Assembly (NCBI GenBank): GCA_024643755.1
Contig: JAHEMG010000001.1
Location: forward strand, 6,812 to 70,811
Direction of reading: 5' to 3'
Origin: Flavobacteriales bacterium
Lineage (GTDB): Bacteria > Bacteroidota > Bacteroidia > NS11-12g > UBA955
Length of the DNA stretch: 64,000 nucleotides
Shown here: positions 8,041 through 18,197 of the stretch, in pieces
Numbering within the stretch: the first letter of the stretch is position 1
Layout: each line of letters begins with the position of its first letter
Translations under genes and position numbers: made by a program
Notes under the pieces: generated by a model
The model's input: only the letters and a program-made list of their open reading frames with translations
What the model was told of the DNA's origin: nothing
Database searches by the model: none

Positions 8041-10818
8041 TTAGAATTGGATTGACAGGCCAGTGAGGAAGGTTGATGAGGTAGGATAGATGTCGAGCTC
8101 GATGCCCGCTTCGGCCGGACCTCCAGGCAACTCCGCACTAAAGCCGCTGAATTTTTTCCAGGTAAATGCGTTTTGTGCCGTGATGAAGAAACGGTATCCC
8201 TGCACTTTTGATTTCTTGGCGATGCGCGCGGGCAAGTTGTAACCAAGGGTAAAGTTGTTTAAGCGCATGAAGCTGCCGCTTTCAACAAAGTAATCGGTGG
8301 GTTTGGGAACGCCGTTGAATGCTCTTGGGTTGGTGTTGTTTGGCTTTTGTGCTGTCCAACGCGCATCGGCTACGGCTTTCTCCACGTTGTAATTGCCACC
8401 ATAGCGAACGGTTTTCTTGCCATTGAATACTTTGTTTCCAAAATTTCCAAGGATGTCGAGGTTCAAATCCCACTGTCCGTATTTGAAATTGCCATTGATT
8501 CCCACATAACATTTGGGCTGATAAGATCCTACGTAAATGCGATCCAAATCGTTGAGTTTGCCATCGTTGTTTTGGTCTACTACGCGGAAATCGCCAGGTT
8601 GTGCACCCAAGAAGTGCGGAGCAGCATCTACTTCGGCCTGCGATTGGAAAATGCCATTGGTTTCGTATACCCAGAAACTGCCGATCGGCTGTCCTGCCGC
8701 TACACGGGTCGCGAACTCGCCATTTCTCAAGCTGCCAAAGTTGGTTGGCAATCCACTGCCCAATCCCAACACTTCGTTGTGATTGAAGGTGGCATTGGCG
8801 CCGATGCTGTAATTGAATTTGCCTTTGCTGTTTTTGTTGTATCGCAAAGAAACCTCCAATCCGCGGTTGAGGATATCGGCGGCGTTGGTGAGCATTGAAT
8901 TGTTGTTATCGCCCAGTCCGCCCGGCAAAGGGATGTTGAACAAGGCACCCAGCGTTTTCTTGTTGTAGAAGTCGATCACCCCAGAAATATGTCCGTTAAT
9001 GGCCTCAAAATCTACCCCGAAATCAATTTCTTCGGTAGTTTCCCATTTGAGGTTGGGGTCTTTGATTTCGGCGATGGTAGAACCCATGGAAATTTGGTTG
9101 CCAAACACTGCGCTCAAGCCGGTGCTTAAGAGTGTCACGAACTCGGATGGGTTGATGCGGTCATTGCCCACTTTGCCCCAACTACCGCGCACTTTTAGCA
9201 TGTTGATGCTGCGCACATTTTTCATGAAGCCCTCGTTGCTGACCATCCAACCCAAGCCCACAGAAGGGAAGTTGCCCCAGCGATTCTGGGTGGGGAATTT
9301 AGACGATCCATCGCGGCGGAATGAAGCGTTGAGGAGGTATTTGCCCTCGTAATTGTAGCTTACACGTCCCAGGTAGGATTCGCGCCTGCCGTAATCGGCG
9401 ATCGGACGTTGGTAGTTGATGATGCCTTGAATTGGGTCGCGGCCGGTATTGAGGTAGCGGTATTGCTGAGCAAATGGTACGCCATCCAATTTGAAAGATT
9501 GCTCGAAACCATCGTATCGCTCAGCGGTGTGACCCGCCATTATTTGCATGTTGTGGCCTTTTTTCAACGTGGGCGTATACGTTAAGGTGTTGTCCCAAAT
9601 CCAACGATACTTTTCCATTTCACTTTGCGTGAGGGTGGTGGTGTCGTACTTCTGGGTGGGCGATACGCGATATTTTTGTTGGTAGTTGGCGCCCCTGCTG
9701 TTGTCGTAGTCGAGGCCAAAGGCGCTTCGGAACGACAGGTTTTTCTTGAGTTTGACATCGCCATAGAAATTGCCCATGAAGCGATTGCCCCAAGTTTTAT
9801 CGTCGGTGTACTCCAATTTTGCCAGCGGATTGCCCACATCGCTGAGGGTCGTGAATCCGTAGGTGCCATCTGCGTTTTTGGCATTGTAAATGGGTGCTGC
9901 GTTGTAGGCGTCGGTAAACAGACTGAAGGGCTTATTGTTTGAATTCCAGCGGGTTAGTCCGATATTGTTTCCAAATTTCAGACGATCATTTACGCGGTAT
10001 TCATTGTTTGAGCGAATCGATACCCGCTCGTAGTTATTGTCGTTCAGAATCCCATTTTCATTGTAATAGTTCACTGAAAACAGGTAAGAGGTGGCTTCAG
10101 TTCCCCCAGAGATGCTGAGGTTATGGTTGTTCATGTTGCCAGGGCGGGTGATTGCATCGTACCAGTTGGTTTCGCCAGTGACATCGGTGGGCAATACGGC
10201 GAATGTGCCGGCTGCTTCATTGGAGTACTTCGAGAACGTTCCGGGACGGGCCATGGCGATTTTGTTTGACATCAACTTTACACCGGCGTAGCCATCGTAA
10301 TTGAGTTTGGGTTTTCCCATGCCGCCGCGTTTGGTGGTAATGAGGATAACGCCATTGGCCGCACGCACACCGTAAATGGCGGTTGACGATGCGTCTTTCA
10401 GTACATCGATGGTTAGGATGTCGGCCGTATTGATATTCCTGATATCGTCGGTGATGATTCCGTCTACTACGTAAAGGGGTTCTGCACCACCGATTACTGA
10501 ACCCGTTCCACGAATCCTTACTGTGGGGGCTGATCCTGGTGCGCCGGAGTTGGTGATTTGTACACCGGCCATTTTAGATTGAAGGGCTTGCGATGCGGTG
10601 AGCACCGGTTGCTGCATGATTTCTGTGCCTTTGATGGAAGCAATAGAACCGGTTAGGTCTTTTTTCTTTGCTGTTGCGTAGCCGATCACGACGGCCTCTT
10701 CCATGGGTTTTTCGATGCTGTCTTGGGTAGATTTGGTTTCTGGGTTGGCCGTTGTTTGGGCGTGAGTTAAGCCCAGGGTTGCGGCGGTCAAACCGAGCAA
10801 GAGTAGGTGTTTTTTCAT
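8041..10818 (-). CDS. susC: SusC-type TonB-dependent outer membrane transporter
   Basis: 925 aa with signal peptide. Plug region (VIGYATAKKKDLTGSIASI), NNxxY-rich barrel and C-terminal ...LSIQF. Immediately followed by susD. Confidence 0.9.
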   Translation of the reverse strand: MKKHLLLLGLTAATLGLTHAQTTANPETKSTQDSIEKPMEEAVVIGYATAKKKDLTGSIASIKGTEIMQQPVLTASQALQSKMAGVQITNSGAPGSAPTVRIRGTGSVIGGAEPLYVVDGIITDDIRNINTADILTIDVLKDASSTAIYGVRAANGVILITTKRGGMGKPKLNYDGYAGVKLMSNKIAMARPGTFSKYSNEAAGTFAVLPTDVTGETNWYDAITRPGNMNNHNLSISGGTEATSYLFSVNYYNENGILNDNNYERVSIRSNNEYRVNDRLKFGNNIGLTRWNSNNKPFSLFTDAYNAAPIYNAKNADGTYGFTTLSDVGNPLAKLEYTDDKTWGNRFMGNFYGDVKLKKNLSFRSAFGLDYDNSRGANYQQKYRVSPTQKYDTTTLTQSEMEKYRWIWDNTLTYTPTLKKGHNMQIMAGHTAERYDGFEQSFKLDGVPFAQQYRYLNTGRDPIQGIINYQRPIADYGRRESYLGRVSYNYEGKYLLNASFRRDGSSKFPTQNRWGNFPSVGLGWMVSNEGFMKNVRSINMLKVRGSWGKVGNDRINPSEFVTLLSTGLSAVFGNQISMGSTIAEIKDPNLKWETTEEIDFGVDFEAINGHISGVIDFYNKKTLGALFNIPLPGGLGDNNNSMLTNAADILNRGLEVSLRYNKNSKGKFNYSIGANATFNHNEVLGLGSGLPTNFGSLRNGEFATRVAAGQPIGSFWVYETNGIFQSQAEVDAAPHFLGAQPGDFRVVDQNNDGKLNDLDRIYVGSYQPKCYVGINGNFKYGQWDLNLDILGNFGNKVFNGKKTVRYGGNYNVEKAVADARWTAQKPNNTNPRAFNGVPKPTDYFVESGSFMRLNNFTLGYNLPARIAKKSKVQGYRFFITAQNAFTWKKFSGFSAELPGGPAEAGIELDIYPTSSTFLTGLSIQF

Positions 10819-11037
10819 CGATGAAGCAGTTGTTCTAAACAGTTTTTTGGCATCGTGGTTATGATAGCCGTCGGCAATTTAAATAATTGTTAATTATACA
10901 ACATCTATTTGGATTGAAAAATCTCATTATTTAGAAAAAATTTAAATTAATCGATTGGGCAAATGTGACGTTGCTTTGGGCTTGTGAATATGTTGCTGAT
11001 GATTCGATTGAAAATAAAATTTTGTAGATTTGGCAAC
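10819..11037. promoter_or_regulatory. AT-rich divergent promoter region between susC and the M4 protease gene
   Basis: 219-bp AT-rich non-coding spacer between divergent starts. No exact TAnnTTTG box could be pinned down. Confidence 0.3.
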
Positions 11038-14000
11038 ATGGTGAAATCCTTAATTCGATTGATGAGCTTGTTGTTGGTGGTTTTGGCGATGCCAAACTTA
11101 TCTGCGCAGGTGCCACAGGTTGGACAGCATCCGCACCCGGTGTTGAAAAATCCTCAGTTGGTTATTTTTGCTGAGCAGCAACGACCCAGTCAGGAAGGAT
11201 GGTCTGGCGTGATTCAAAAATTGGGTACGTATGGCCCAGATTCGCGTTGGCACATTTACAGTGAATTGTCGGATGAATTGGGGATGACGCATTACCGCAT
11301 TCGCCATCAATACAAAGGCGTGCCGGTTCATTTGTCGATGGGAATTTTGCATACCAAACAAGGACAACTGATGTCTTTGAACGGTGATTTTGTTTCTGAG
11401 AATCAGTTTGCAGGCAAGTTGGTGTTGGGTTTGGATGCGGCTAGGGCACGTGCGTTGCAATTTTTACCAGCCGAAAAATATTATTGGCAAGATCCGCAAC
11501 AAAACGAGGCCTTGCAGTTGGCAACAGGTGTAAAAGACACCACGTATTTTCCTATGGGTTCATTGAATTACTGTCCGAAAGACTTCAATCTTTCTTCAAC
11601 CCATCGTTTGGCGTATCGTTTTGATGTGTTGGCGAGCGAGCCCCTGGCGGGGAAATCGATTTGGGTGGATGCGGAAACCGGAGAAATTTTGGCCAGCAGC
11701 GACTTGATATTACACACAGATGTAAAGGCCACTGCAGTTACGAAATACAGTGGGACGAAAACCATGACGGTGGACAGTCTATCGGCGAGTTCATATCGCC
11801 TCAGGGAAGCCGGTCGGGGTAAGGGCATCGAGACCTATGATTTGAAGAAGGGGACAAACTACGGCACGGCGGTAGATTTTACAGATGCGGACAAGACTTG
11901 GAACAATGTGAATGCGGCGAAGGACGAGGTGGCAACGGATGCGCATTGGGGGGCGGAGATGACTTATGATTATTTCAATGGGGAGCATGGCAGAAACAGT
12001 TTCGATAACAATGGCGCGAAGATTCTGAGTTATATCCACTACAACACGAATTATAACAATGCGTTTTGGAATGGCAGTGTGATGACCTATGGCGATGGTG
12101 ATGGAACAACGTTTACGCCTTTGACGGCGCTGGATGTTTGTGGTCATGAAATTGCACATGCGGTGACGACCAACACGGCGAATTTGGTATATTCCTATGA
12201 AAGCGGTGCTTTGAATGAGAGTTTTAGTGATGTGTTTGGGCAATCGATTGAGATTTGGGCCAGACCTACGCAGTGGAATTGGAAGATTGGGGAGGACATT
12301 ACTCCTTCGGGCAAGGGTATTCGGAATATGGCGGATCCGAGTGCAACGGGTTACAGTCAGCCCAAGTTTTACAAAGGCAACAAATGGTACACAGGTGCTG
12401 GAGATAATGGCGGCGTCCATTACAATAGTGGGGTGCAGAATTACTGGTATTATTTGTTGGTGGAGGGATCGAAGGGTACCAATGAAAAGGGTTGGGCGTT
12501 TGATATAGATACGTTGGGCTTGGTGAAGGCAGGGAAGATTGCGTATCGGAATTTGAGTGTGTATTTGACAAGCAGCGCGCAGTATGCGGATGCTAGGACG
12601 TTTAGTATTTTGTCGGCCGCGGATTTATACGGTCAGTGCAGCAATGAGGTGATTCAGGTTACGAATGCTTGGTGGGTTTGTGGGGTTGGGAACAAATACG
12701 ATTCGGGCTATGTGAAGGCGGAATTTACGGGCGATACGCTATCGTGTAGAACAGGGGTTGCGATGCAATTTTTGAATCGCTCTGAAAACTACAAGCAAAG
12801 TTTATGGTCGTTCGGTGATGGTGGAAGCAGCTCGTTTACGAATCCTTCGTATGCATATGGCGCGTACGGTAAGTTTTCGGTGAAGTTGGTGGTGGAGTCG
12901 TGCTTTAAGGGATTCAAGGATTCGGTGACGAAGGTTCAGTATGTGAAGGTGGATAGCACGTATGATATCTGTAAGGCGTTTGTATTGCCGAAATCGGGCA
13001 GTGATAGTGCGGTGGGCTGTAGGGGTTTTGTTTACGATGATGGTGGCGAGGGCAATTATGGTGGAAATAAGGTGGTGCGATTTGATTTGAAATTGCCTGG
13101 AGCTGATAGTGTGCGATATCGTTTCCGGGTTTTGGATTATGAGAGTGGGTATGATTCGGTGGTGGTTTATAAGAAAAGTGTATTGGGTGCGAACCGATTG
13201 GGAAGTTTTACAGGGAGTGTTTTACCGTTTGCGGGGGTTTGGAAGGCAGAGGCGGCAGACCGGTTGATTTTTATACAGTATTCGGATCAGATGTTGGAGG
13301 GCAAGGGTTTTAAGGTGGAGTATGAGGGGGTGTTTAAACCGGTGGTGGCAGATTTGGGTAAGGATACGGTGATTTGTTCGGGTGGGGCCGTGCAGTTGGT
13401 TGCGGCCGCCGCAGGCGGCCGCAACTCGGGGTATTCCTACAGCTGGACAGGCCCCGGCCTGTCTGGTGGCGGGAATACCAAAACCATAACCCCAGCCTCA
13501 ACCCAGAAATATTGGGTGGCTGTATGGGATGGATGTGCGCTTAAGCCCGATTCAGTGTCGAAAACGGTTTACGTAAAACCGCCTTTGGCCGTGAAAATTA
13601 TCCAGTCTGATACCGCAGTATGTATCGCGCAAACCATGTATCTCACCGCCAAAGCATCGGGGGGCGACACCGCCGGATATACGTATAGCTGGTCGAACGG
13701 ACTTGGAACATCGCCCTTGGCCAACATTGTGTTGACCGATACAGTGCAAGTTTTTGTGACAGTTTCTGATGGCTGTTCTGTATTGTCGGCCAAGGATTCT
13801 GCGCGATTGGATACCTATTTGCCTTTGATCATGGGCGTGTCTAACGATACCACCATTTGTGTTGGTCAGGCCGTAGATTTGTTGGCCACCATTTATGGGG
13901 GAAATCGATTGCACGGCGGGGGAGCGTATGTGTTGGATTGGAGCAATGGGGTTCAGGCGGGATCGATTCACGTTTTCCCGACCACTACAACAAAATACTA

Positions 14001-15282
14001 TGTAGAAGGCAGCGAAGGATGTTCTCCGAATGTGCTTGATTCGGTGTTGGTAACGGTTCGCAATCCATTGTGGCTGAGTCCAGTTGCTGATACTACTTTG
14101 TGTCACGGTCAAACGTATGCTGTTCAATTGCTCGATACGGGAGGATATGCGGTCAACAGAAAAATTGTTTGGGATAGTGCATCGCTCAGTGGAAACGCGG
14201 TGGTGGTAAATCCTTTGGCGGTGGGTGTTACCCAGTACAGGGTGCATGTGGAAGATGGTTGTACGGTGGTAAACGACACCATCTCATTTGCGGTAACCCG
14301 GAGAGCGCCGCTTGCGGGGAGTATTTCACTCGGCGATACGGTTTTGTGTTATGGCGATGCCACAAATGTGTTGATGTCGACCTCTGGAGGCAGAGACGCA
14401 ACCCGAACTTGGTCGCTGAACGGCGTGGCAACCACACAAACGGTAGAAACGGTGAATCCTTTGGCGAGTCAGGTATTTACGTTGTTGGTGGAGGATGGAT
14501 GCTCAATTCCTTTTGTGGATACCATTGGGGTTGTGGTGGCTTCGTCGAAGATTCAATTGGTGTTGGGTGCCCACGATTCGGTTATTTGTGCGGGTAGTAC
14601 CGCGGGATATTTGGATGTGGTTGGTTCGGGTGGTTTTGCTCCACTGCAATATGCTTGGAATGATCCGTTGGCGCAAACATCGGCCAAGGCCATCGGATTG
14701 GGTAAAGGGAAATACATGTTGCGGGTGGTAGATGCTCAAGGCTGTAAGGATTCCTTGTTGTTGTATGTTAATGAGTTCGCATCGCCCATGAAACCCTTGA
14801 AAGATACGGTTATTGCGCGGGGTAGCGAGGCCAGGTTGTATGCGCCGAACGGAAGTCAATGGCGTTGGTCTCCCAAATCCTTCATGTTAACCAATGATAC
14901 ATTGTGGCAGGTGCGCGTTCGTCCTACCGATAGTGTACAATACCATTTATTGGCTTTGGATAGTTTTGGTTGTTTGTTCAGAGATTCGATGTGGGTGCGG
15001 GTGGTGGATCCCGAGGTGGTGAGAATACCGAATATTATCACCCCGAATGGCGATGGCGATAACGATTTTTGGGATTTGTATGAGTTGTATGAGTATGATC
15101 AACGGGGTGTGAATATCTACAATCGCGCTGGGGAATTGGTGTATTCGAGTGGCGCTTACAAGAACACTTGGGATGGCAAAGACAGTTATGGCAACGAATT
15201 GCCCGTGGGTGTATATTTCTACCATTTAAAGCATAAGGTAACGGGTGAAGAGCACCACGGATTTGTGCAAATCATGCGTTGA
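11038..15282 (+). CDS. Secreted M4 (thermolysin-like) zinc metalloprotease with PKD domain, about 6 SprB-type Ig-like repeats and T9SS type-B (gliding-motility) C-terminal sorting domain
   Basis: Signal peptide MVKSLIRLMSLLLVVLAMPNLSAQ. Peptidase_M4 motifs HEIAHAVT (HExxH) and GALNESFSDVFG. PKD motif WSFGDGGSS...YAYGAYGKFSVKLVV. Repeats C-x-G-x5-L-x5-GG-x5-Y-x-W...DGC. C-terminus IITPNGDGDNDFWDL...LPVGVYFY matches the T9SS type-B domain. Confidence 0.85.
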   Translation: MVKSLIRLMSLLLVVLAMPNLSAQVPQVGQHPHPVLKNPQLVIFAEQQRPSQEGWSGVIQKLGTYGPDSRWHIYSELSDELGMTHYRIRHQYKGVPVHLSMGILHTKQGQLMSLNGDFVSENQFAGKLVLGLDAARARALQFLPAEKYYWQDPQQNEALQLATGVKDTTYFPMGSLNYCPKDFNLSSTHRLAYRFDVLASEPLAGKSIWVDAETGEILASSDLILHTDVKATAVTKYSGTKTMTVDSLSASSYRLREAGRGKGIETYDLKKGTNYGTAVDFTDADKTWNNVNAAKDEVATDAHWGAEMTYDYFNGEHGRNSFDNNGAKILSYIHYNTNYNNAFWNGSVMTYGDGDGTTFTPLTALDVCGHEIAHAVTTNTANLVYSYESGALNESFSDVFGQSIEIWARPTQWNWKIGEDITPSGKGIRNMADPSATGYSQPKFYKGNKWYTGAGDNGGVHYNSGVQNYWYYLLVEGSKGTNEKGWAFDIDTLGLVKAGKIAYRNLSVYLTSSAQYADARTFSILSAADLYGQCSNEVIQVTNAWWVCGVGNKYDSGYVKAEFTGDTLSCRTGVAMQFLNRSENYKQSLWSFGDGGSSSFTNPSYAYGAYGKFSVKLVVESCFKGFKDSVTKVQYVKVDSTYDICKAFVLPKSGSDSAVGCRGFVYDDGGEGNYGGNKVVRFDLKLPGADSVRYRFRVLDYESGYDSVVVYKKSVLGANRLGSFTGSVLPFAGVWKAEAADRLIFIQYSDQMLEGKGFKVEYEGVFKPVVADLGKDTVICSGGAVQLVAAAAGGRNSGYSYSWTGPGLSGGGNTKTITPASTQKYWVAVWDGCALKPDSVSKTVYVKPPLAVKIIQSDTAVCIAQTMYLTAKASGGDTAGYTYSWSNGLGTSPLANIVLTDTVQVFVTVSDGCSVLSAKDSARLDTYLPLIMGVSNDTTICVGQAVDLLATIYGGNRLHGGGAYVLDWSNGVQAGSIHVFPTTTTKYYVEGSEGCSPNVLDSVLVTVRNPLWLSPVADTTLCHGQTYAVQLLDTGGYAVNRKIVWDSASLSGNAVVVNPLAVGVTQYRVHVEDGCTVVNDTISFAVTRRAPLAGSISLGDTVLCYGDATNVLMSTSGGRDATRTWSLNGVATTQTVETVNPLASQVFTLLVEDGCSIPFVDTIGVVVASSKIQLVLGAHDSVICAGSTAGYLDVVGSGGFAPLQYAWNDPLAQTSAKAIGLGKGKYMLRVVDAQGCKDSLLLYVNEFASPMKPLKDTVIARGSEARLYAPNGSQWRWSPKSFMLTNDTLWQVRVRPTDSVQYHLLALDSFGCLFRDSMWVRVVDPEVVRIPNIITPNGDGDNDFWDLYELYEYDQRGVNIYNRAGELVYSSGAYKNTWDGKDSYGNELPVGVYFYHLKHKVTGEEHHGFVQIMR

Positions 15283-15292
15283 TTATAGGACT

Positions 15293-15946
15293 ATGGGACT
15301 GACAGAAGCGTATTATGAATTTTTTATTGGGTTAACGACCAATAACAATAAAACTTGGTTTGATGCCCACAGGGGCGAATATGAGCGGGATGTAAAGGCG
15401 CAATTTCATGCATTTGTGGAATCGGTGTTGGCGAAAGTGTCGGTTGAAGATGCGCGCTTTTCGGGTTTGATTCCGAAGGATTGCATTTTTAGAATCAACA
15501 AGGATGTTCGGTTCTCGAAAGATAAATCACCGTACAAATTGCATTGTTCTGCTGCGATTCAAGTGGGTGGCAGGAAGCAGATGTCGGCCGGAGGCATGTA
15601 CATGGAATTCGGTCCTGAACATTGTGCAATTTATTCTGGGGTGTATATGCCTGAGCGCGATGAATTGCGAAAAATCAGGGAGCGGATTGCGGGGGATTTG
15701 GAGGGCTTTGACCGGGTGATTCATGATGGGGATTTCGTGGATTTTTTTGGCGGAGTGATGGGCGAGAAAAACAAACGTTTGGAGTCGGATTTGATGTCGG
15801 CCGCCGCCATTCAACCTTTGATTTTTAACAAGCAATTTTACGTAAGGCATGCCTTGGAACCCGAGGATACGTTGGTCGAGGATTTTGATGAATATGTAGT
15901 GCGTGCTTGGAGAGCGAGTGCGGCATACAATCGGTTTATTGGGTGA
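15293..15946 (+). CDS. DUF2461 (TIGR02453) family conserved hypothetical protein
   Basis: 217 aa from MGLTEAYYEFF. Motifs NNNKTWFDAH...RINKDVRFSKDKSPYK are characteristic of the DUF2461 family as I recall it. Confidence 0.5.
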   Translation: MGLTEAYYEFFIGLTTNNNKTWFDAHRGEYERDVKAQFHAFVESVLAKVSVEDARFSGLIPKDCIFRINKDVRFSKDKSPYKLHCSAAIQVGGRKQMSAGGMYMEFGPEHCAIYSGVYMPERDELRKIRERIAGDLEGFDRVIHDGDFVDFFGGVMGEKNKRLESDLMSAAAIQPLIFNKQFYVRHALEPEDTLVEDFDEYVVRAWRASAAYNRFIG

Positions 15947-15972
15947 ATATTACAGGGGATTGCATTCCTGAA

Positions 15973-16003
15973 TTGAAATCAATCAATTAAACCCCTAACT
16001 TTG
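15973..16003 (+). promoter_or_regulatory. Putative Bacteroidota sigma-A promoter (-33 TTG, -7 TAacTTTG) for the E2 gene
   Basis: TAACTTTG at 15996-16003 matches the TAnnTTTG -7 consensus. TTG at 15973-15975 lies 20 nt upstream. ATG at 16026. Confidence 0.4.
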
Positions 16004-16025
16004 TTGGGCAAAACGCATATTACGC

Positions 16026-17288
16026 ATGGCCATTGAAATCAAAGTGCCCGCACCGGGCGAGTCTGTAAGTGAAGTTACCATCGCCAATTGGTTGGTGAAA
16101 GAAGGAGAATGGGTGGAGATGGATGCTCCTTTGGCAGAGTTTGAAAGCGACAAAGCCACTTTTGAGGTGAACGCTGAGAAAGCCGGTGTGATTGAGAAGT
16201 TAATCGGAAACATTGGAGATACCATTGCCATTAATACGGTAATTGCAGTCATCAATACAGATGCTGAACGTCCAGCAAGTGCAGCACCCAAAGCAGATGC
16301 GAAGCCTGCTGCCGAAGCGAGTGCGCCTGCGGCAAAAGTGGATGCACCTAAAGAGGCGGCTGCGCCAAAAGCAGAGCCTGTTGCAGCCCAAGACAGCGAC
16401 TGGTCATTGGTTTCTCCAGTTGCAGCGCAATTGTTGCAGCAATATAACCTATCGCCTAGCCAAGTAAAAGGTACAGGTGCAGGTGGTCGTGTGACTAAAG
16501 TAGATGCATTGGAAGCCATCGTGGCATTGGGCGGTGTAGCAGTAAAAGCACCAACTGGTGCGCGTTCTGAGCGTCGTGAGAAAATGTCGAACTTGCGTAA
16601 AACCGTAAGTCGCCGATTGGTTGCTGTGAAAAACGAAACGGCCATGTTGACTACCTTCAATGAGGTAAACATGAAGCCAGTGATGGATTTGCGTGCCCAA
16701 TACAAGAAAAAATTCGAAGAGACCCACGGTGTGGGTTTGGGTTTCATGAGTTTCTTTACCCGTGCTTGCTGTATCGCTTTAACCGAGTGGAAAGCGGTGA
16801 ATGCCAGCATCGAAGGGGAGGAAATCGTGTACCACGATTATTGTGATATTTCCATTGCGGTGAGTGCACCCAAAGGTTTGGTGGTGCCTGTGATTCGCAA
16901 TGCCGAGAAGTTGTCTTTGGATGAAATCGAGAAGGAAGTGAAGCGTCTTGCTACCCGTGCCCGCGACAACAAGTTGGGATTGGATGAAATGACCGGTGGA
17001 ACTTTCACCATCACCAACGGTGGAGTCTTTGGTTCAATGATGAGTACTCCTATCATCAATGCCCCACAGAGTGGTATTTTGGGAATGCACAACATTGTTG
17101 AGCGTCCTGTAGTTGAAAACGGTCAGATCGTAATCCGTCCGATGATGTATTTGGCGTTGAGCTATGATCACCGAATCATCGACGGTCGCGAGAGCGTAAG
17201 TTTCTTGGTGCGTGTGAAGCAGTTGCTCGAGAATCCTGAGATGATGTTCGATGGCAAAAAGCCGGAAGAGCGGGTATTGGGATTGTAA
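16026..17288 (+). CDS. 2-oxo acid dehydrogenase E2 component (dihydrolipoyllysine-residue acyltransferase), SucB-like
   Basis: N-terminal lipoyl domain ([11 protein letters not shown]), Ala/Pro-rich linker, E3-binding region, catalytic domain with DHRIIDGRE. 420 aa. Confidence 0.85.
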   Translation: MAIEIKVPAPGESVSEVTIANWLVKEGEWVEMDAPLAEFESDKATFEVNAEKAGVIEKLIGNIGDTIAINTVIAVINTDAERPASAAPKADAKPAAEASAPAAKVDAPKEAAAPKAEPVAAQDSDWSLVSPVAAQLLQQYNLSPSQVKGTGAGGRVTKVDALEAIVALGGVAVKAPTGARSERREKMSNLRKTVSRRLVAVKNETAMLTTFNEVNMKPVMDLRAQYKKKFEETHGVGLGFMSFFTRACCIALTEWKAVNASIEGEEIVYHDYCDISIAVSAPKGLVVPVIRNAEKLSLDEIEKEVKRLATRARDNKLGLDEMTGGTFTITNGGVFGSMMSTPIINAPQSGILGMHNIVERPVVENGQIVIRPMMYLALSYDHRIIDGRESVSFLVRVKQLLENPEMMFDGKKPEERVLGL

Positions 17289-17316
17289 TCGATGCTAACG
17301 GCTATTATTGCCGAAT

Positions 17317-18183
17317 TTATTCTACTAAACTCGTTTCGAGAATGCAGTGGTGAACGTGCTCTTGTTCAATTTCAAGTCGCACCCTTTCTTTGATGGATTC
17401 TTGTTGTTCAGCGGATAGCGCTGGGTCTAGCATGAGGTGAGCGGTCATGGCATTGCGTGTTGTGCTCAAGGCCCAAATATGAAGGTGGTCTACGGCGGTG
17501 ACTCCAGGGATGCTGAGGATTCGGTTTTCCACCAGTTTGATGTCGATCCCTTCTGGCACTCCATCCAAACTCAAGCGAAGGCTTTGTCTGAATAGGTTGA
17601 GTGTGCCTACCAGGATGACTACGCAAACCAACATGCCCAGAATAGGGTCGATGATGTCGATGCCCGTGTAGGAGATTAGCAATCCACCGAGGAGTACGGC
17701 CAAACTAACACCTGCATCCGCGGCCATATGTAAATAGGCGGCGCGAGAATTAAGTTCGTTGTTGCTCATGAAAAGCATGGCGGTGGCGGTGTTGATGATG
17801 ACGCCAATTCCGGCAACCCAACTAACAATGCTGCCAGAGGTGGGCTCGGGGTGGAAAAATCGCGTATAGGCCTCATGTCCCATGGAACTTATCGCGATGA
17901 ACAACAAAATACAGTTGGCAAGCGATGCCAAAATGGTGGCCTTTGAAAAGCCGTAGGTGTATACTTGTGTGGGTTGCTTTGCGGCCATTTTGATGGCGAA
18001 TAAGCTGATAATAAGCCCTGCAACGTCGCCCAAATTGTGCCATGCATCGGCGAGCAAGGAAAGACTATTGATTTTTACGCCATAGCCAAATTCTACGGCA
18101 ACAAAGATCAAGTTGAGGACGATACCACCGAGAAAACGTGGGCCAATATTGTCTTGTGGGGCGCTGTGGCTATGGTTGTGCAT
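17317..18183 (-). CDS. Cation diffusion facilitator (CDF) family divalent metal efflux transporter
   Basis: 288 aa with six TM helices. CDF signature LADAWHNLGDV, His-rich N-terminus MHNHSH. Confidence 0.8.
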   Translation of the reverse strand: MHNHSHSAPQDNIGPRFLGGIVLNLIFVAVEFGYGVKINSLSLLADAWHNLGDVAGLIISLFAIKMAAKQPTQVYTYGFSKATILASLANCILLFIAISSMGHEAYTRFFHPEPTSGSIVSWVAGIGVIINTATAMLFMSNNELNSRAAYLHMAADAGVSLAVLLGGLLISYTGIDIIDPILGMLVCVVILVGTLNLFRQSLRLSLDGVPEGIDIKLVENRILSIPGVTAVDHLHIWALSTTRNAMTAHLMLDPALSAEQQESIKERVRLEIEQEHVHHCILETSLVE

Positions 18184-18197
18184 GAGGAGGATGCAAA

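Noticed and set aside
8037-8246. 70-aa N-terminal extension of the SusD ORF overlapping susC
   Set aside because: It overlaps the susC 3' end in another frame. A proper lipoprotein signal (MKFT...AVSGC) starts at 8036, 4 nt after the susC stop.
11791-12420. 209-aa minus-strand ORF inside the protease gene
   Set aside because: It is antisense to the M4 catalytic domain, which has HExxH/ExxxD motifs. It is Arg/Ile-rich with no motif.
13552-14247. 231-aa minus-strand ORF
   Set aside because: It is antisense to the SprB-type repeat region of the protease. There is no independent support.
15995-16810. 271-aa minus-strand Ala-rich ORF
   Set aside because: It is antisense to the Ala/Pro-rich linker of the E2 acyltransferase. 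The low-complexity mirror translation is typical of GC-rich linkers.
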